Source: Paramoeba atlantica (taxonomy: Eukaryota > Protista > Discosea). From it: 64,000 nucleotides of DNA. Both the position numbers and the translations under genes were made by a program. Location of the stretch: positions 3,742 to 67,741 of the forward strand of contig CDRNVI010000194.1 in assembly GCA_977017575.1 (NCBI GenBank), read 5' to 3'. The notes beneath the pieces are model-generated. The model searched no databases. It saw only the letters and a list, made by a program, of their open reading frames with translations, and was not told the origin of the DNA. Positions 23,824-36,476 of the stretch are shown one piece after another; position 1 is the stretch's first letter; every line of letters starts with the position of its first letter.

Positions 23824-26800
23824 TCAAGGATTCTTTGCCTCAAGGTATTCTTTTAATTCCTTTGTACCTTTCAGGTTTTCCTCATCCCACCACTCATGTC
23901 GTTTTTGACCAGCAGGTGGTTGGGTTTGGACTCGATATTGATGATATCCATCATAGATTCTTTCAGAAACAATTTGATATCTCAGACTTTTTTGTCTGGC
24001 TCCTGGTGGGAGCTCTTTCTCTTCCAGAGAGTCTTGTTCCTTTTCCTCTTCAACCCTTTGATAATAAAGTCTTAATTGACTTCCATGAACAGGTGCTGGG
24101 AGAATATATCCTGTTTTGAGGTTTTTTACTTTGTAAGTTTGAGGTGTCAAGACCTCTTCAATTCTATGGACATCATTCTGAGTCCTTGAATTGAATTTCT
24201 GGTTAAATTTCTTCTTTGTTGTGTGATTCAGGAGGAGGACTCTATCCCCTGCTGATAAGATTTGAGTTTTCTGATTAATGTTATAATCATCAACCCTTTT
24301 CTCTTCAGATTCTCTTCGTTTTTCATTTACAAGATCGAAGATTTCAGACATTTTGTCTCTTACATTAGCCACATATTCATCAGGGCTTACCAGTTCCGGA
24401 TTTGATGTTCCCAGTGTAATGTCAATTGGGTATGTTGGTATTCGACCAAATTGTAACGTAAAAGGTTTTTGTTTTGTTACTGAGTGGACTTGGGTGTTGT
24501 AAGCAAATTCCACCATCGGAAGAAGCAAATCCCAGTCTCTTTCATATTTTCTTATATAAGCTCTCATCATATTCTTGACAGGTGAATGGATTGTTTCAAC
24601 CTTGCCATTTCCTTTATGATTGTGAGGAGATACTTTGGCATGATGTATGCCCCAAATTTTCATCAATTCTTTTAAGAGTGCCTTTCTGAACTCTGGGCCT
24701 CCATCAATCACTATCTCAAGTGGCATTGAATGGATTGTGACGTATTTCAAGAGACATTCAGCCATCTCTCTTGTGTTTACAGCTTTCAATGGAAAAAGTG
24801 TCAAATATCCAGTGAAAGCGTCCACAATTGACAGAATATAGGTATATCCTCTGATATTACCCTCAATCCCTTTCATTGAGTTGATATGTATTGTCACATT
24901 TGGGTACCCAACATGTGTTGAACCCATTGGTGGTTTTATATATTTTGTTGTTTTTGTTTTTTGATAAATTTCACAGGTTCAGCAATATTCACTGATATAT
25001 TGTGTCATTCCTTTAAACCAAAACTTATCCTGCATAGTTTCATAAAGTTTCTGAAACTTCCTATGCCCTTGATAGTTGTGGAAATGTTTTACTACCTCAA
25101 ATACCATTGAGTCTGGTAAAACAATTGGGGGTTCACCCGTCTCTGTTGGGATATCCACCCGACAAAGAGTCCCTGCCTTATTGAGGCAGTAATGTCACCT
25201 CTTTTCAAGCAATTTCTGAGCATCCTTCTTGTACTCAGGTATTTCTCTATTCAGAAGTAAATTTCTCATTCTGCGGCAAAATTGATCCTTCATTTGTTCA
25301 GCTTGAACATCAATTGCTCGTTCTCCTCTCCAGTAACATTCTTGGTCCTTTATGACCTATTGATTTTCTGAATCATTCTGATTCTCAGATCTGGTGTGGC
25401 CAGTACCAGTCTCTGATAATTTTTCCGTTTCTTCTTCTACTGGAAGAGTATGTTCGGGCACTGTGTGAATTCTAAGAGGTTCACCTGGTTGTGTGCTTGA
25501 CCCAAATTCTTCATCTGTCCAAGACTCAGAAATATCAGCACTCTCAGTCCTGCTGGGAATCATCTGAAGTTGACCCATCACTACGTCCAGCGCTTTATGT
25601 GAAGTTGACCCATCAGCTATCCCAGAAGATCGTCCTTGAAAGAGTCCCTTGCTCCTTCCTTGAGCAAATTGGCCGCCAAGTTGACCCATGCTATTTGCAT
25701 GCTGACCCATATTGGCCAATAACTCATTTCCATCTCCAGTGGACTCATCTGCCCTATGACAGGATTTTGAGAGAGAACAGAGCCCTAATATTGCCATTTT
25801 TGTTTGTTCTTGTGTTGTTTTGTTTTCAACATTACTAACTCCAAGTCTTTCCAGGACTTCTTTAAGTGGAGTTTGTATATCTTCATCTTGATATGATACA
25901 TGGTGTGCTCGACTAAGTGTGTCAGGGATAACCAGTGTTTTCCCAGGTCAATGTAAAATTCGATTTGCTACTACGGCTATTTTCAGCAGCCATCCACAAA
26001 TAAGTTTACTCCTTGATGTGCTTGTTGTGGAGTTGCACAATTTGACCAGACTCTGGTGATCACTGAAGATCACCACATCTCTTCCCATAATGAATTCTTT
26101 GAACTTGTTAATTGCCCAGTAGGCCCCATAACATTCTCATTCTGAATTCGTGTATTTTGTATGAGTTTTTTGGCAAAGCCAGGCTTGCAAAAGCGACTAT
26201 TTCGTGCTTTTTTGGTATTCCTGACCTTTTTGGTGCTGGTCTATCAAGAAGATCATCAGGGTGTTGTGTCAAAATTGCACCATAACCCTTTTTTGATGCA
26301 TCCACATGAATGTAAAAGGTTTTCTTGAAATTCAGGTGAACAAGCATAGGTATTTTTGCAATTGTTTCCTTCATTTCCCGAAATTCATTATCTGCCTCTT
26401 TAGTCCATTCAAATGATGATTGTAGGAGTATTTCCCAAAGATGATATGTTTTTTGGGAACAATTGTGGATGAATCTCCTGCACCAACTGACTAATCCCAA
26501 GAATGATTGTAATTCCTTTTGATTAGCTGGTTGTGGAAAATGTTTTATAGCCTCAACTTTCTTGTCATTAGCCAAGATTCCATCCTTTGTTGCCGTATAC
26601 CCAAGTAATGCGAAAGATCTTTGACAAAGCTTCACCTTGTTCAGGTTAATTCACAACTTGTTTTTCTTTAATCTATCCAGTACTCTTTCTAGTGACTGAA
26701 CATGTTCCTCAAAGATTTCTGAGAAAATAACTATGTCATCAACATAGTTGACACATATATGCCATTGTAAACCAGCAAGTATTGTATCCATGAAATGCTG

Positions 26801-28009
26801 CTGTGTTGCCGGAGCATTTGTTAATCCAAACAGCATTGAATTCCATTCCCACAGCCCAAACTGTGAAGCAAAAGCCGTTTTTTCCTTGTCCTCCTCCCGA
26901 ATTGGGATTGACCAAAATGCTTCAGTCATATCCAATGTTGAGAAGTATGAAGATCCACCCAGGTATGACAACACATCATTAATTTTTGGTATTGGATAAC
27001 TCCATTTCTTAGTCTTTTCATTTAATTCTCTGTAATCCACACAGAATCGAACTTTACTATTTGCCTTTGCCACCAACATAATTGGGCTTGCATATGGTGA
27101 ATTTGACAGTCGGATGACTCTTCTCTTAGCCATCTCTTGAATTTGTTTTTCTTCAATTGTCCTTTTAACCATGTCCTTTGTTTGATAAGTATGTCTAAAA
27201 GGCTCTTGGTCTTTGTCATTGAGTTCAATTCTAAACTCAGTTGCATCTGTGTGCACAATTGGAGCATCATTAGGTATGTCCCACATTTCTTTGTATTTCT
27301 CAAAGAGTTTACAGAGTTGAATTGTCTGATCAAGATTGAGGTCACTAAGGATAAGGCCAGTTTTCTTTGCAAACTCCTCATATTCCTCTGGAATCATTTT
27401 TTCATCTTCTTCCAGATTTTTCTGACCATCTCTCAACAGAATATTTGCTAAAGAGCATTGTGCACAAAACGCTATTTCCCCTGAGAATTCCTGATTCCCT
27501 TGGTTACACATGTGTTTTGCCATTCCATGGCAGTCCTCTTGAGGCTGTAGTTCTGGATTGACCAATTTGTCTTTATACATTCCTTTGTCTGATCCCTTTT
27601 GGTGAAGTTTTTTTGACAATTGTTCAAAACATTCACCAACTGGTCTTTTGTCAAGAGATTTTGCAATGGTTTGTTCTGCATCCTCCTCTGTAACATAAAT
27701 ATGTTTTGCAACTGTTGACCCTTTTTCAAATGAGAATGAGGTATTTCCAATATTCATAATCTCAATTTGGCCAATGTATATTTGTCTCACATGATCAAAT
27801 CTCAGATGTGTCAGGCCTGGCATGACAGTTAAATTTGAATTAAGGCATGAGATTCCCTTCACATACCCATCTGTATCTGGAATAGGTTTGCCTTTCAGTT
27901 TGACCTTGACTGTTGAGATTGATCTTGGATCCAATCTTGTTTGTGTAGTTGTTTTTAATTCTCCAATCTCTCCAGGATTGGAAAGGAGTGCCTGAGCATA
28001 TGCTCCATT
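23824..28009 (-). pseudogene. pol: Gypsy-B RT-RNase H-spacer-integrase with degenerate chromo-like C-terminus
   Basis: FSTLDMTEAFW and YVDD (RT); HVDASKKGYGAIL (RH); HNYQGH...C*TC and VDAFTG/VIDGG/GKVETIH (IN); a few TGA stops and one frameshift near 26160. Confidence 0.92.
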
Positions 28010-29698
28010 TCAGCCTCTGATTACTGGATATCTAATTGTCTCATTATTTATCAATCGTCGGAATTCGATGTGTCCTTCATCAAAGTCAAGAACAGCACCA
28101 ACTTTTGACAAAAATGGAGTTCCAAAGATGATATCTGATGAAAGATCATCAAGTACAACAAACCAGTGCCTTCTTCTTCCCCCAGAGATGTCAATCTCCA
28201 GGAGAACTTCCTCAGTTGGCAATACTGATGATTTGTTGGCCAAGGAGATGTGATTCCCTCTGTAAGGCCTCCGAAGTTTGGGAATTGCTTTGTTCAGGAA
28301 TGTTCTTGCTACAACATCTATCCTGCAAGCCCCAGAATCACATAATGCTTGTGTATTGGTATTATTAACCATGCAAGGAATAGTGAATAATTTGTCTTTT
28401 ATTTGGCAAATTTCAGGATTTAAGTCTCTGACTAAGTCACCAATAGAGATTGTGAAGCCTTCTTCACCCATCTTGACCGTCACTTTGTGGTCCTGCTGCC
28501 CAATATTATGAGTAAATTCCTTTTTACTCCCAGAAAAAATTGACAAACCATTTCCTTGATTTCTGAGCTCATCCAGAGTCATTTTCCCAGTCACCAAATC
28601 TTGAAGAGTATTCTCCAATTTTCTCCTCTTTTCTTTCTCCTTCTCTTGAGGGATTTCCCTTCCTCTTTTCCCTGGAAGTTTCTTATTCCAGTCAGCAGGT
28701 TCCATACAATTGTATTTTCGAGCTGCAGACTCACCATAATGAGTCACAGCTTCCTTCCAGGGATGATCTCCCACAAGTTCAATTTTTCTTTCTGTTACGA
28801 ATTTTGCAACACTTAACCAAAGGCACTCCAGGCTCTTATGGTCACATCTTCCATGAAGAAGACAGTATTCCCTTCCAGGGCGGTCAGCAGCTTCCTGTTT
28901 CAATTCATCCAGAATGAAACATTTTTTGAGGGAATGACTACCCTGACAAAGGAAGCAGGTAATGGATCTTTCTTGACCCCTCCCCAGCCTTTCCTTTGTC
29001 CTTTGGTATTCGTCTGTTTTCCTCACAGACAATTTGTTCAGACCCCGAGGATTCGCCGCAACTTGGGTGAACTCAATATCTTCTAAAAAATTTTGGACCA
29101 GTTCATTCCAGACTTCTTCCTTCTCAGCCAACTTGTCCCACTTTCCTTGAAAGGCTGGGTTCTCAAACCTTCTTCCAAAATCCCTCATCGCTTCCTTCAC
29201 AGCTGGTTTGTCCAATTCAGTATCTTTTGCCTTCAAGAAGAGATGAATATACTCAGAGGTGACAAGTTGAAAATTGTCTTCCATTACCTTCTCATCAGGA
29301 ACTCGAAAAATGTTGAATTTCTTTTCGTCTGAAAGGACTGCATTCTGCCTCCCAAAAGAGCTATTCAGAGCGAGTAATATATCTCTCGGCAATCCAGCAT
29401 CCTTCTTCAGTCCCAAGGAGTTCCAACTACCAGCGGGGAGGGTTATTGCAAGTTTGATTTGACTTCCAAATTCAAGTGTGTTGGGCCAAACATCTTGTTC
29501 CAAGTTGCGTTCACCCTGAACATAGAAATGAGTAACTTGCAACAGGTCTTTGAAATCGACATTCTTGAGAGCCAGTTTGAGATGACTCTCATGAGACTTG
29601 TACGAAGTCTTCCCGACCATCTCCTTCGCCGTAGTATGTTCGTTCTGCCTCATCAATTTCTCATTTTGCTCCATAAGGAATTGGATTGCTTTCACCAT
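28010..29698 (-). CDS. gag: Gypsy-B gag-protease (two Zn knuckles, aspartic protease); ends at a probably premature TGA in frame with RT
   Basis: CFLCQGSHSLKKC, CLLHGRCDHKSLEC, ALCDSGAC; the frame continues past the TGA (IRG*NGAYAQ...) into 27934. Confidence 0.9.
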   Translation of the reverse strand: MVKAIQFLMEQNEKLMRQNEHTTAKEMVGKTSYKSHESHLKLALKNVDFKDLLQVTHFYVQGERNLEQDVWPNTLEFGSQIKLAITLPAGSWNSLGLKKDAGLPRDILLALNSSFGRQNAVLSDEKKFNIFRVPDEKVMEDNFQLVTSEYIHLFLKAKDTELDKPAVKEAMRDFGRRFENPAFQGKWDKLAEKEEVWNELVQNFLEDIEFTQVAANPRGLNKLSVRKTDEYQRTKERLGRGQERSITCFLCQGSHSLKKCFILDELKQEAADRPGREYCLLHGRCDHKSLECLWLSVAKFVTERKIELVGDHPWKEAVTHYGESAARKYNCMEPADWNKKLPGKRGREIPQEKEKEKRRKLENTLQDLVTGKMTLDELRNQGNGLSIFSGSKKEFTHNIGQQDHKVTVKMGEEGFTISIGDLVRDLNPEICQIKDKLFTIPCMVNNTNTQALCDSGACRIDVVARTFLNKAIPKLRRPYRGNHISLANKSSVLPTEEVLLEIDISGGRRRHWFVVLDDLSSDIIFGTPFLSKVGAVLDFDEGHIEFRRLINNETIRYPVIRG

Positions 29699-30002
29699 CT
29701 CAACAGGCTGTAGCTCCGATCCATCAACTTCACAGAGTCAAATGCTTCTTCGCCAGTTGTCATAGTTCAAATCAGGTGTCGCCAATGTAAATGGTGGTTT
29801 ATTTTGGGTTTCGAGAGTTCGAGGAAAGACACTTGGGGAATTCAAATGAATTGGGAAAAGTGAGAATGAAAAGGAAGAGGGGTGATGCTTGGCGGGTGAC
29901 AACCAATTTTGCCAAAATTGTGAGTCGCAGAGTCAAGATTCTATATAAAGTGATGTACATATTTGAATATTACATATTTGGATATTTCCTTATTTACAAC
30001 CA

Positions 30003-30627
30003 TCTCCATCTTGCAAAGAAAGTATCAGTCTACTCAACTGATTCGGTAGTTGCGGCTTGTTACATCAGAAAGGTTTATGCAAAGACTCCAGAACTCTCTT
30101 GATCAGCAGCAGAAACAGTCAAATTCATGGAAATCCACGAGATCATCCAGATCCCAAGGATTGTGTCCCAGGAGGAGATCAAATCAAGCGACATTCTTTC
30201 CAGACTCAAGGAGAAGGACGAATTGACCCTATCCAAGGAGTTTCTTGATCAATGGCTGGCTCGGCATCAGATTCACCCATCGATAGATCTATTTGCATCC
30301 CGATTTTCAACAAAGATGATGAGGTTCTACACCAAGATCCCAGATGATCAGTCCCTAGGGACCAATGCCCTTCTTCATTCTTGGAACAACAAGATCCCAT
30401 ACATGTTTCCACCACCAATTCTCCTTTTCCAGACAATCTCAAAATTTCTGGACGAATGCAAACTTGCAGTCATAGTGTACCCCAGAGACCAATCCAGAAG
30501 ATGGCACCAGTGGATACCAGAATTAGCTTCCGACACATCAACAATCCCCCAGGGAGCAATCACAGACTCTCAAAACGCTCCTATCGACTCTTCAATCTGG
30601 AGGATATCAGTGATCCAAAACTCTTGA
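30003..30627 (+). pseudogene. DIRS RNase H end and N6-adenine methyltransferase-like (MT) domain
   Basis: The frame is restored across the ACCA TSD; STDSVVAACYI and SSDILSR (RH), IDLFASRFS and YMFPPP (DIRS MT motifs). Confidence 0.88.
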
Positions 30628-31184
30628 AGATTGAAGAGGGTTGGTCTGAGGAGGCCATCGCCATGATCTTTGGTTCAGTTAAGCTCACCACATGGAAGGA
30701 TAGATCCAAAGTTTGTTCCCAATTCAAGGATTATCTGCATCACCTTCACAAATCCTCCTTTTCGGAAGTGGACATTGGCAATTTTTTGGCACGAAAATTT
30801 ACCAGATCGGGTGATCAATTTCGCTCTGCTCGAACTGCCCTATCTACTACTATCTACCTCAACACTGGTTTTGACTTATCGAAAGAAATCCACTTTTCAA
30901 GACAATCGAAAGGGGCCTCTGTATTGAAGCCTAAATCCCCCAAATTCAATGATATGTGGGACCTCTCAATTCTTATGAAACACATGAATGGTGTTTTCTG
31001 GTCTGACAAACCCAATATATCTGCTCGCACCAAGGCAAATGTTCTGCTGCGGATTTCTATAGCTGGACGAAATTCAGATGTGGCTCATATTTTCCGGGAT
31101 TCCATTGTATGGACTGAAGACACGGTATCGTTTCGTTTCTACAAATGGAAAACTAAACATGTAGAAAAAGTCAAGCTCTCACGC

Positions 31185-34100
31185 TGAACACGTCTACTTT
31201 GGTACAGACTAAAGGAGGCATGTCAGAAATATGTTGAATGGACAACTGAAGAGCAGTCCTCAGAAGTCTCACGAAAAAGCGAGAAACTTCCTGATGACAT
31301 CATCAATGGTGTTCTTTATTTAGATTCACAGAAGGTCGACTTGGAGGAGACCAAGGGTCGACTTGAAGGAGATTGGGAATTGAGTTGGAGGAGATCAAGA
31401 GTTGGATCAAATGAATAGAGCAGAGAGCCAAGTGTCTTCAGAGTAGCGCACATTGCTTGTGTGCACTCTCCCCGCCCGAGAAGTCCTTCGTTTAGGAGAA
31501 ACGGAGGTGCTCGAAGAAGAGCTCGAGGAGCTTGAAGAGCTTGAGGACTTGGAAGAGGAAGAAGGCTTCTTGGTCGATTTAGAGGTTGACGGTTTGGAGG
31601 TTTTCGATGACTTAGAGGAAGAGGAAGAGGAAGAAGACTTCTTGGGTGACTTGGAAGTCGATGATTTGGAGGATGATGACTTAGAAGAAGATGATTTAGA
31701 AGGAGGTGGATTCAGAGGGTGTTTCTGATGATACCTTTCAATTTGTTCTGAAGCATCAATTTGTGAAACATGGATCCATTCAGCATCGGCCTTTCGGTAG
31801 TGTTTGAAATGCACTCGATAATAAAGTTCTCCATTCGAATACTTATGCTTAAGGATTTCCTTCACTTCAAAATCATAACCATCATCATCTTCAACAATCT
31901 CTTCGGGTGCTGGCTCTGAATTAACAATAGATATTTCGTTTGATTCAGGATGCAGAGTAATCTCGTACCGAACATGGAGTTTCTTTAAGTTCTGAACGTT
32001 TTGGATTTCTGAATTCTTCTCTCGTTTGAGTTCTTGAATCCGGTAACTTCCATTCTTAAGATCCTCCACAACCACATAAATCTCTTGGTAGTAATAGGGT
32101 CTGTACTTCTTCGCAATCTCTTTTCCTTTTGATTTGTTTCTCTTCAACACTTGATCACCAACCTTCAACACAGTGTATGTTCCTTCATTTGCTTTGTCAT
32201 ATCGTTGTTTTTGTTTCACAGCCACTTTCTCTCTCTCCTCTCGAACCCAATTAATCACACCCTCCCTCTCAGTTTGTAGCTTCTTGATGTAGTCATCAAT
32301 CAGTACCACTGGTTTGTTCACAGAGCCGAAGAGAGAATCAATTGGCATAATTGGATGTCTCCCAAAGTGAAGATAGAAAGGTGTGTAACCAGTCGAGGAG
32401 GAACGAGAAGTATTGAAAGCAAATTCCACAAGAGGTAAGAGAAGGTCCCAATCGTCTGCATATTTATCAACAAATGAGCAAATGATTGATTCTGTAACTT
32501 TGTGGGAACATTCAACACGGCCGTTACTTTTGGAGTTGTAGGGGGCAATAAAAGTTTGTTTCATTCCGAGAAGCTGGGTCAGTTCTGCAAAAATTTGATT
32601 TGCAAATTCTGAACCATTATCTGTTACTATCCGCAAAGGCATTGAATTAACACAAACATACTGAAGTAAGGCTTCAGCAGAGGCTTCGGCAGAGGGATCT
32701 GGAATTGCATACAGACGTATATAGCCACTAAAGTTATCAAGGATAGCCAAAATAAAAGAATTCCCACGAGCAGTGACTTTTGGTCCCTTTGTACAATCCA
32801 GGTGGAGTAAAATTCCAGGATAAGAAGCCGTATAAGGGTTTAAATCAGATGTCAATGTCTTTGTTTTCGAGTTGATCGCACAATTAAGGCAGCGGTGATA
32901 GTAACCTTTGATTGCAGCACTCATACCAGGAAAATAATAGGAGACAGCAATTGCATCATAAAGTCGCTCAAACTTGCAGTGTCCGGAGATTAGATCTGAA
33001 TGATAAGCGTCAAATACTGTATTCCACAAACTCTGGGGCAGAATTGCAGGTGGGAGACAACTGGCAGCTGTAGTTTCATCCACTTTCCTCAAGATTCCGG
33101 ATTCATCAACCCAGTACTTGTGAGCAGTTCATTGGAGTGCCTGAAGATAGCGCTTCCTCTTAGGCAAGAGGCCATTAATCAAGTAATTAATAATCATTGA
33201 GCAAAACTTATCTTTCCTTTGAGCCTGAGCAAGGTAAGGAAGTTCAACTAAAACCCGATCAATGTCATCCGTATCCACTTCAACATTCTCAGAACTTTCT
33301 TTTGCTGTGGAAAGTGGCAGAGGCAGTGATCGAATAGGAGGAATGTCACGAATTTCCGGCTCACTGATTAATTCAATTTTTTCCAAAATGTCGTTTTGTC
33401 TCGAGAGGATATGGGTTTTTCCTGAAGAAGATTGTCCCAAATCCACCAACTCTTCAAACCAACGAGTCACATAATCCTTTGAAGTGGCCTTATCATGATA
33501 TCCAACATACTGGCGGCTTAGAGCATCAGGGATTGCCATCAACTTTCCAGGTTTGTGAATGACCTTTGGGTGATATTCTAGAATTCGAGCAACCCAATCG
33601 CGCAGCATATCATGGTTCGGTACTTTCTGTTGACCCGTTTTAAACACAGATTTGAGAGATTCGCAATCACAAAACACAATAGGATTTCGACCACGGACGT
33701 AATACTTGAAGTTGTTTAATGCCCACAGGATTCCAAGGCCCTCCCGCAGAGGATTAGTATACTTCTGCTGTGTCTCTGTGAGTGTTCGAGAAGCATACTC
33801 AATAACTCAGTGGCGGCCATCTTGATCCATCTGAGTGAGAATTGCTCCAAGACCAAGCTTGCTGGCGTCAACATGGATAAAAAATTCTTTTGAGAAGTCA
33901 GGATGGGCCATACAGGTTTCGGATGTCAAGAGCTCCTTTAAGAGATGTATCTCCTTGATGGATTCTTGGGATAGCGAAAACTTCTTTGGATCCATCACTT
34001 TGGCTTTTCTCAAGTGTGTTGTTAAACTGGATGAACGAGGGATGAACCGTTTTAACCAAGTAACCATTCCCAAAAATCTCTCAACTTCCTTTGGAGTAGT

Positions 34101-36476
34101 CGGAAGTGGGTAATTCTGGATTGCCTCAACTTTTTTCGGATTTGGCTTCAAACCATCCTTCGTCGCGATAAATCCAAGAATTTCAAAATTCGGCTTGCAA
34201 AATGAGCACTTTGCTGGTTGGAGCATCAAATCATTGTCCCTCAATCTTTGGAAAATTTTCGTCAGATCAGCCAGATGTTGTTCAAACGTTGAGCTGTAAC
34301 AAAGGATATCATCGATGTAGGCAAAACAACATTGCCAAACCAGACCACTCAAGACCGTTTCAATAAACCGTTGTTGTGTTGCTGGAGCGTTACATAACCC
34401 AAAAGGCATCGAGAGAAATTCCCAGAGACCATATTTGCTGGTAAAGGCAGCCTTTTCAATGTCTCCTTCTCTGATTGGGATCGACCAGAAAGCCTCAGAC
34501 AGGTCAATAGAGGAAAAATAAGAAGAACTGCCAAGTGCAGCTAAGATTTCATCCATACGGGGTAGTGGATAAGAGTCCTTCTTTGTTTTTTCATTCAGGC
34601 AACGGAAATCCACACAAAACCGAACATTTCCATTCTTCTTGTCTGCCAAGAGAATTGGAGCAGCCCAAGGAGAGTTAGATTTTCTAATCACTTTCCTTTT
34701 CACCATCTTGTCAATATGTTTCCATATGATGCAGTCTTCGACAGGTGTGGTTCTACGGGGTTTTGCTCTCAAGGGTGGACCCTCTGCCTTGATTGGATGA
34801 CTCGTTGCCGTGGTCCTAGTAATTGGACCTTCTCGCTTCTCATCATCCCACAAGTCTTGGAAAGAAACCAACATCTCCGCTAATTGTATTTTCTGCCTGT
34901 CATTCAATTCAGCATTATCCAAACCAAATTTCTCATATGCTTCTTTGAATTTATCAGGTGGATCTTTTTTATGTGCAGTAGACTTGTTTTGGGTGGCGAT
35001 GTGAGTAAGCAATTGTATCACAGATGAGTCACAATTGAGGTCAGGGTTGGGGTGTCTGGTGGATCGATCAGATTTGCCATTCTGATGATCGTGCAACTTC
35101 CGTCTCTTCCGTTTAGGTTTTTGGAATAAATCCTCATCCTCAATCATTTTCTCAAGCCATGGTCCAGTGAGTGCACAGAGATAATTGGCACCAGTCTTTG
35201 CATTAACTGATTTTGTGTGAGGTGGTTGTTTCTTGGGTACAGATTTTCGAAGACAGGGTTCAATCAAAGAGTGTTTCGAGAGTTGAAGAAGTTCAGTGTT
35301 TTCGACATCATGGTCATTAAGCTGATAAACCGTTCCAACTTCGAGATTTTTCTTCACTTGGACCTCAGTCTCAGAATGATTCATCACAAGAACATTCAGT
35401 GTGTTGTGTTTTTTACCTTGCTCGATTGTAACCAAGCCAGGAAGGAATAACAAACTCTCTGATCCAATTGATGGAAAGAAGAATCCTTCAGGTGACAATG
35501 CATGGCCGTTCAGTGTTAGTGGAAGGAACACTGATGATCTCGGAGGGATTGCCTTTGTCTCAGCCGAGAGTACTAAGGTCTTATCTCGCCTCTCTACGTC
35601 GATGTAGAAATCTGGATCTGTGACCTGAGGAAGGGTGATGTTGAGCTGTGCTGAATTTGCCTGGATGCATCTCTGACCTTTCCACGTTAAATGACCATCA
35701 CTGAGACCTAGGCAACATCGTTTCATGGCACTGAAGCCAATCAATGTTTGAACAGGGAGGTCATCAATAATGAAGAACCAGAGTCCTTGGGAAAACCCCT
35801 TTCCAATCTTGACCATGGTGAGAATCTCTTCATTAATCGCAACTTTGGTTGAGTTTCCCACTTTGACTTGAAGCTCGTCAGCTCGCCGTCGGCTCAGGAT
35901 CTCAAATCCAGGACGCAAAAGTTGCTGACGACTGATCGCATTGATACCAGATCCTGTGTCTATACAAGTAGTAGTTGCTAATCCACCCGCCTGAGACACA
36001 ACTTCAAATGCACAACCAATATCCCGGCTTTCCGCATTGATTACTAAATTCAGAAGAACATTGATCACATGATCCGAAGGAAGGTTGGTATGGGATGATG
36101 GATCAGCCCGAACGTGAACATCAGAGTGTTTCAGAGGTTCTTGAACGTGAGTGTTGGACTGGCTCAGAGGTTCTTTGTATTCAGTTGAGCAACTAGGTGA
36201 AATAGAAGAAAGAGAATCAACAGGGCAAATTCGAGTTTGTTTATTTGGTTGTTCTGAGTCGCCATCCCCCTTGGGAGTCAACTCAAATCTTTTCTCTAAC
36301 TCCCCGATGAGTGTATTCATAAATATCCTCTGTTCTTTCTTCTTGTCTCGAGGCGACTTTGGTGCTGGGGGTTCTCTGGATGAATGGTCACGTTTCCTTT
36401 TGTTCAACATTCGACAACCAGAAGTCCAGTGAGAGCTGTTCTTCTTGTGTTCCTTACAATAGAAGCCATCTCTCGC
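31185..36476 (-). mobile_element. Gypsy-A copy 3, least degraded, 5'-truncated within gag, no 5' LTR
   Basis: 3' LTR 31185-31465, PPT gggcggggagag; flanked by the 18-bp duplication aaagtcaagctctcacgc (31167-31184 and 36477-36494). Confidence 0.96.
31407..36476 (-). pseudogene. pol: Gypsy-A gag(C-terminus)-pol single frame with only two TGA stops (33807, 33129)
   Basis: CKEHKKNSSHWTSGC knuckle, TCIDTGSG (PR), YIDD (RT), HVDASKLGLG (RH), HLDCT/VTDNG/GRVECSH (IN), FEVKEILKH...YRVHFK...AEW (chromodomain). Confidence 0.95.

Larger units (their letters stand above)
23347..29998 (-). mobile_element. Gypsy-B LTR retrotransposon, full length, 213-bp LTRs, 4-bp TSD ACCA
   Basis: LTRs 23347-23559 and 29786-29998 (tgtaaat...atttaca); acca at 23343-23346 and 29999-30002; PBS tggcgacacc; PPT aaggggggaag. 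Confidence 0.97.
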
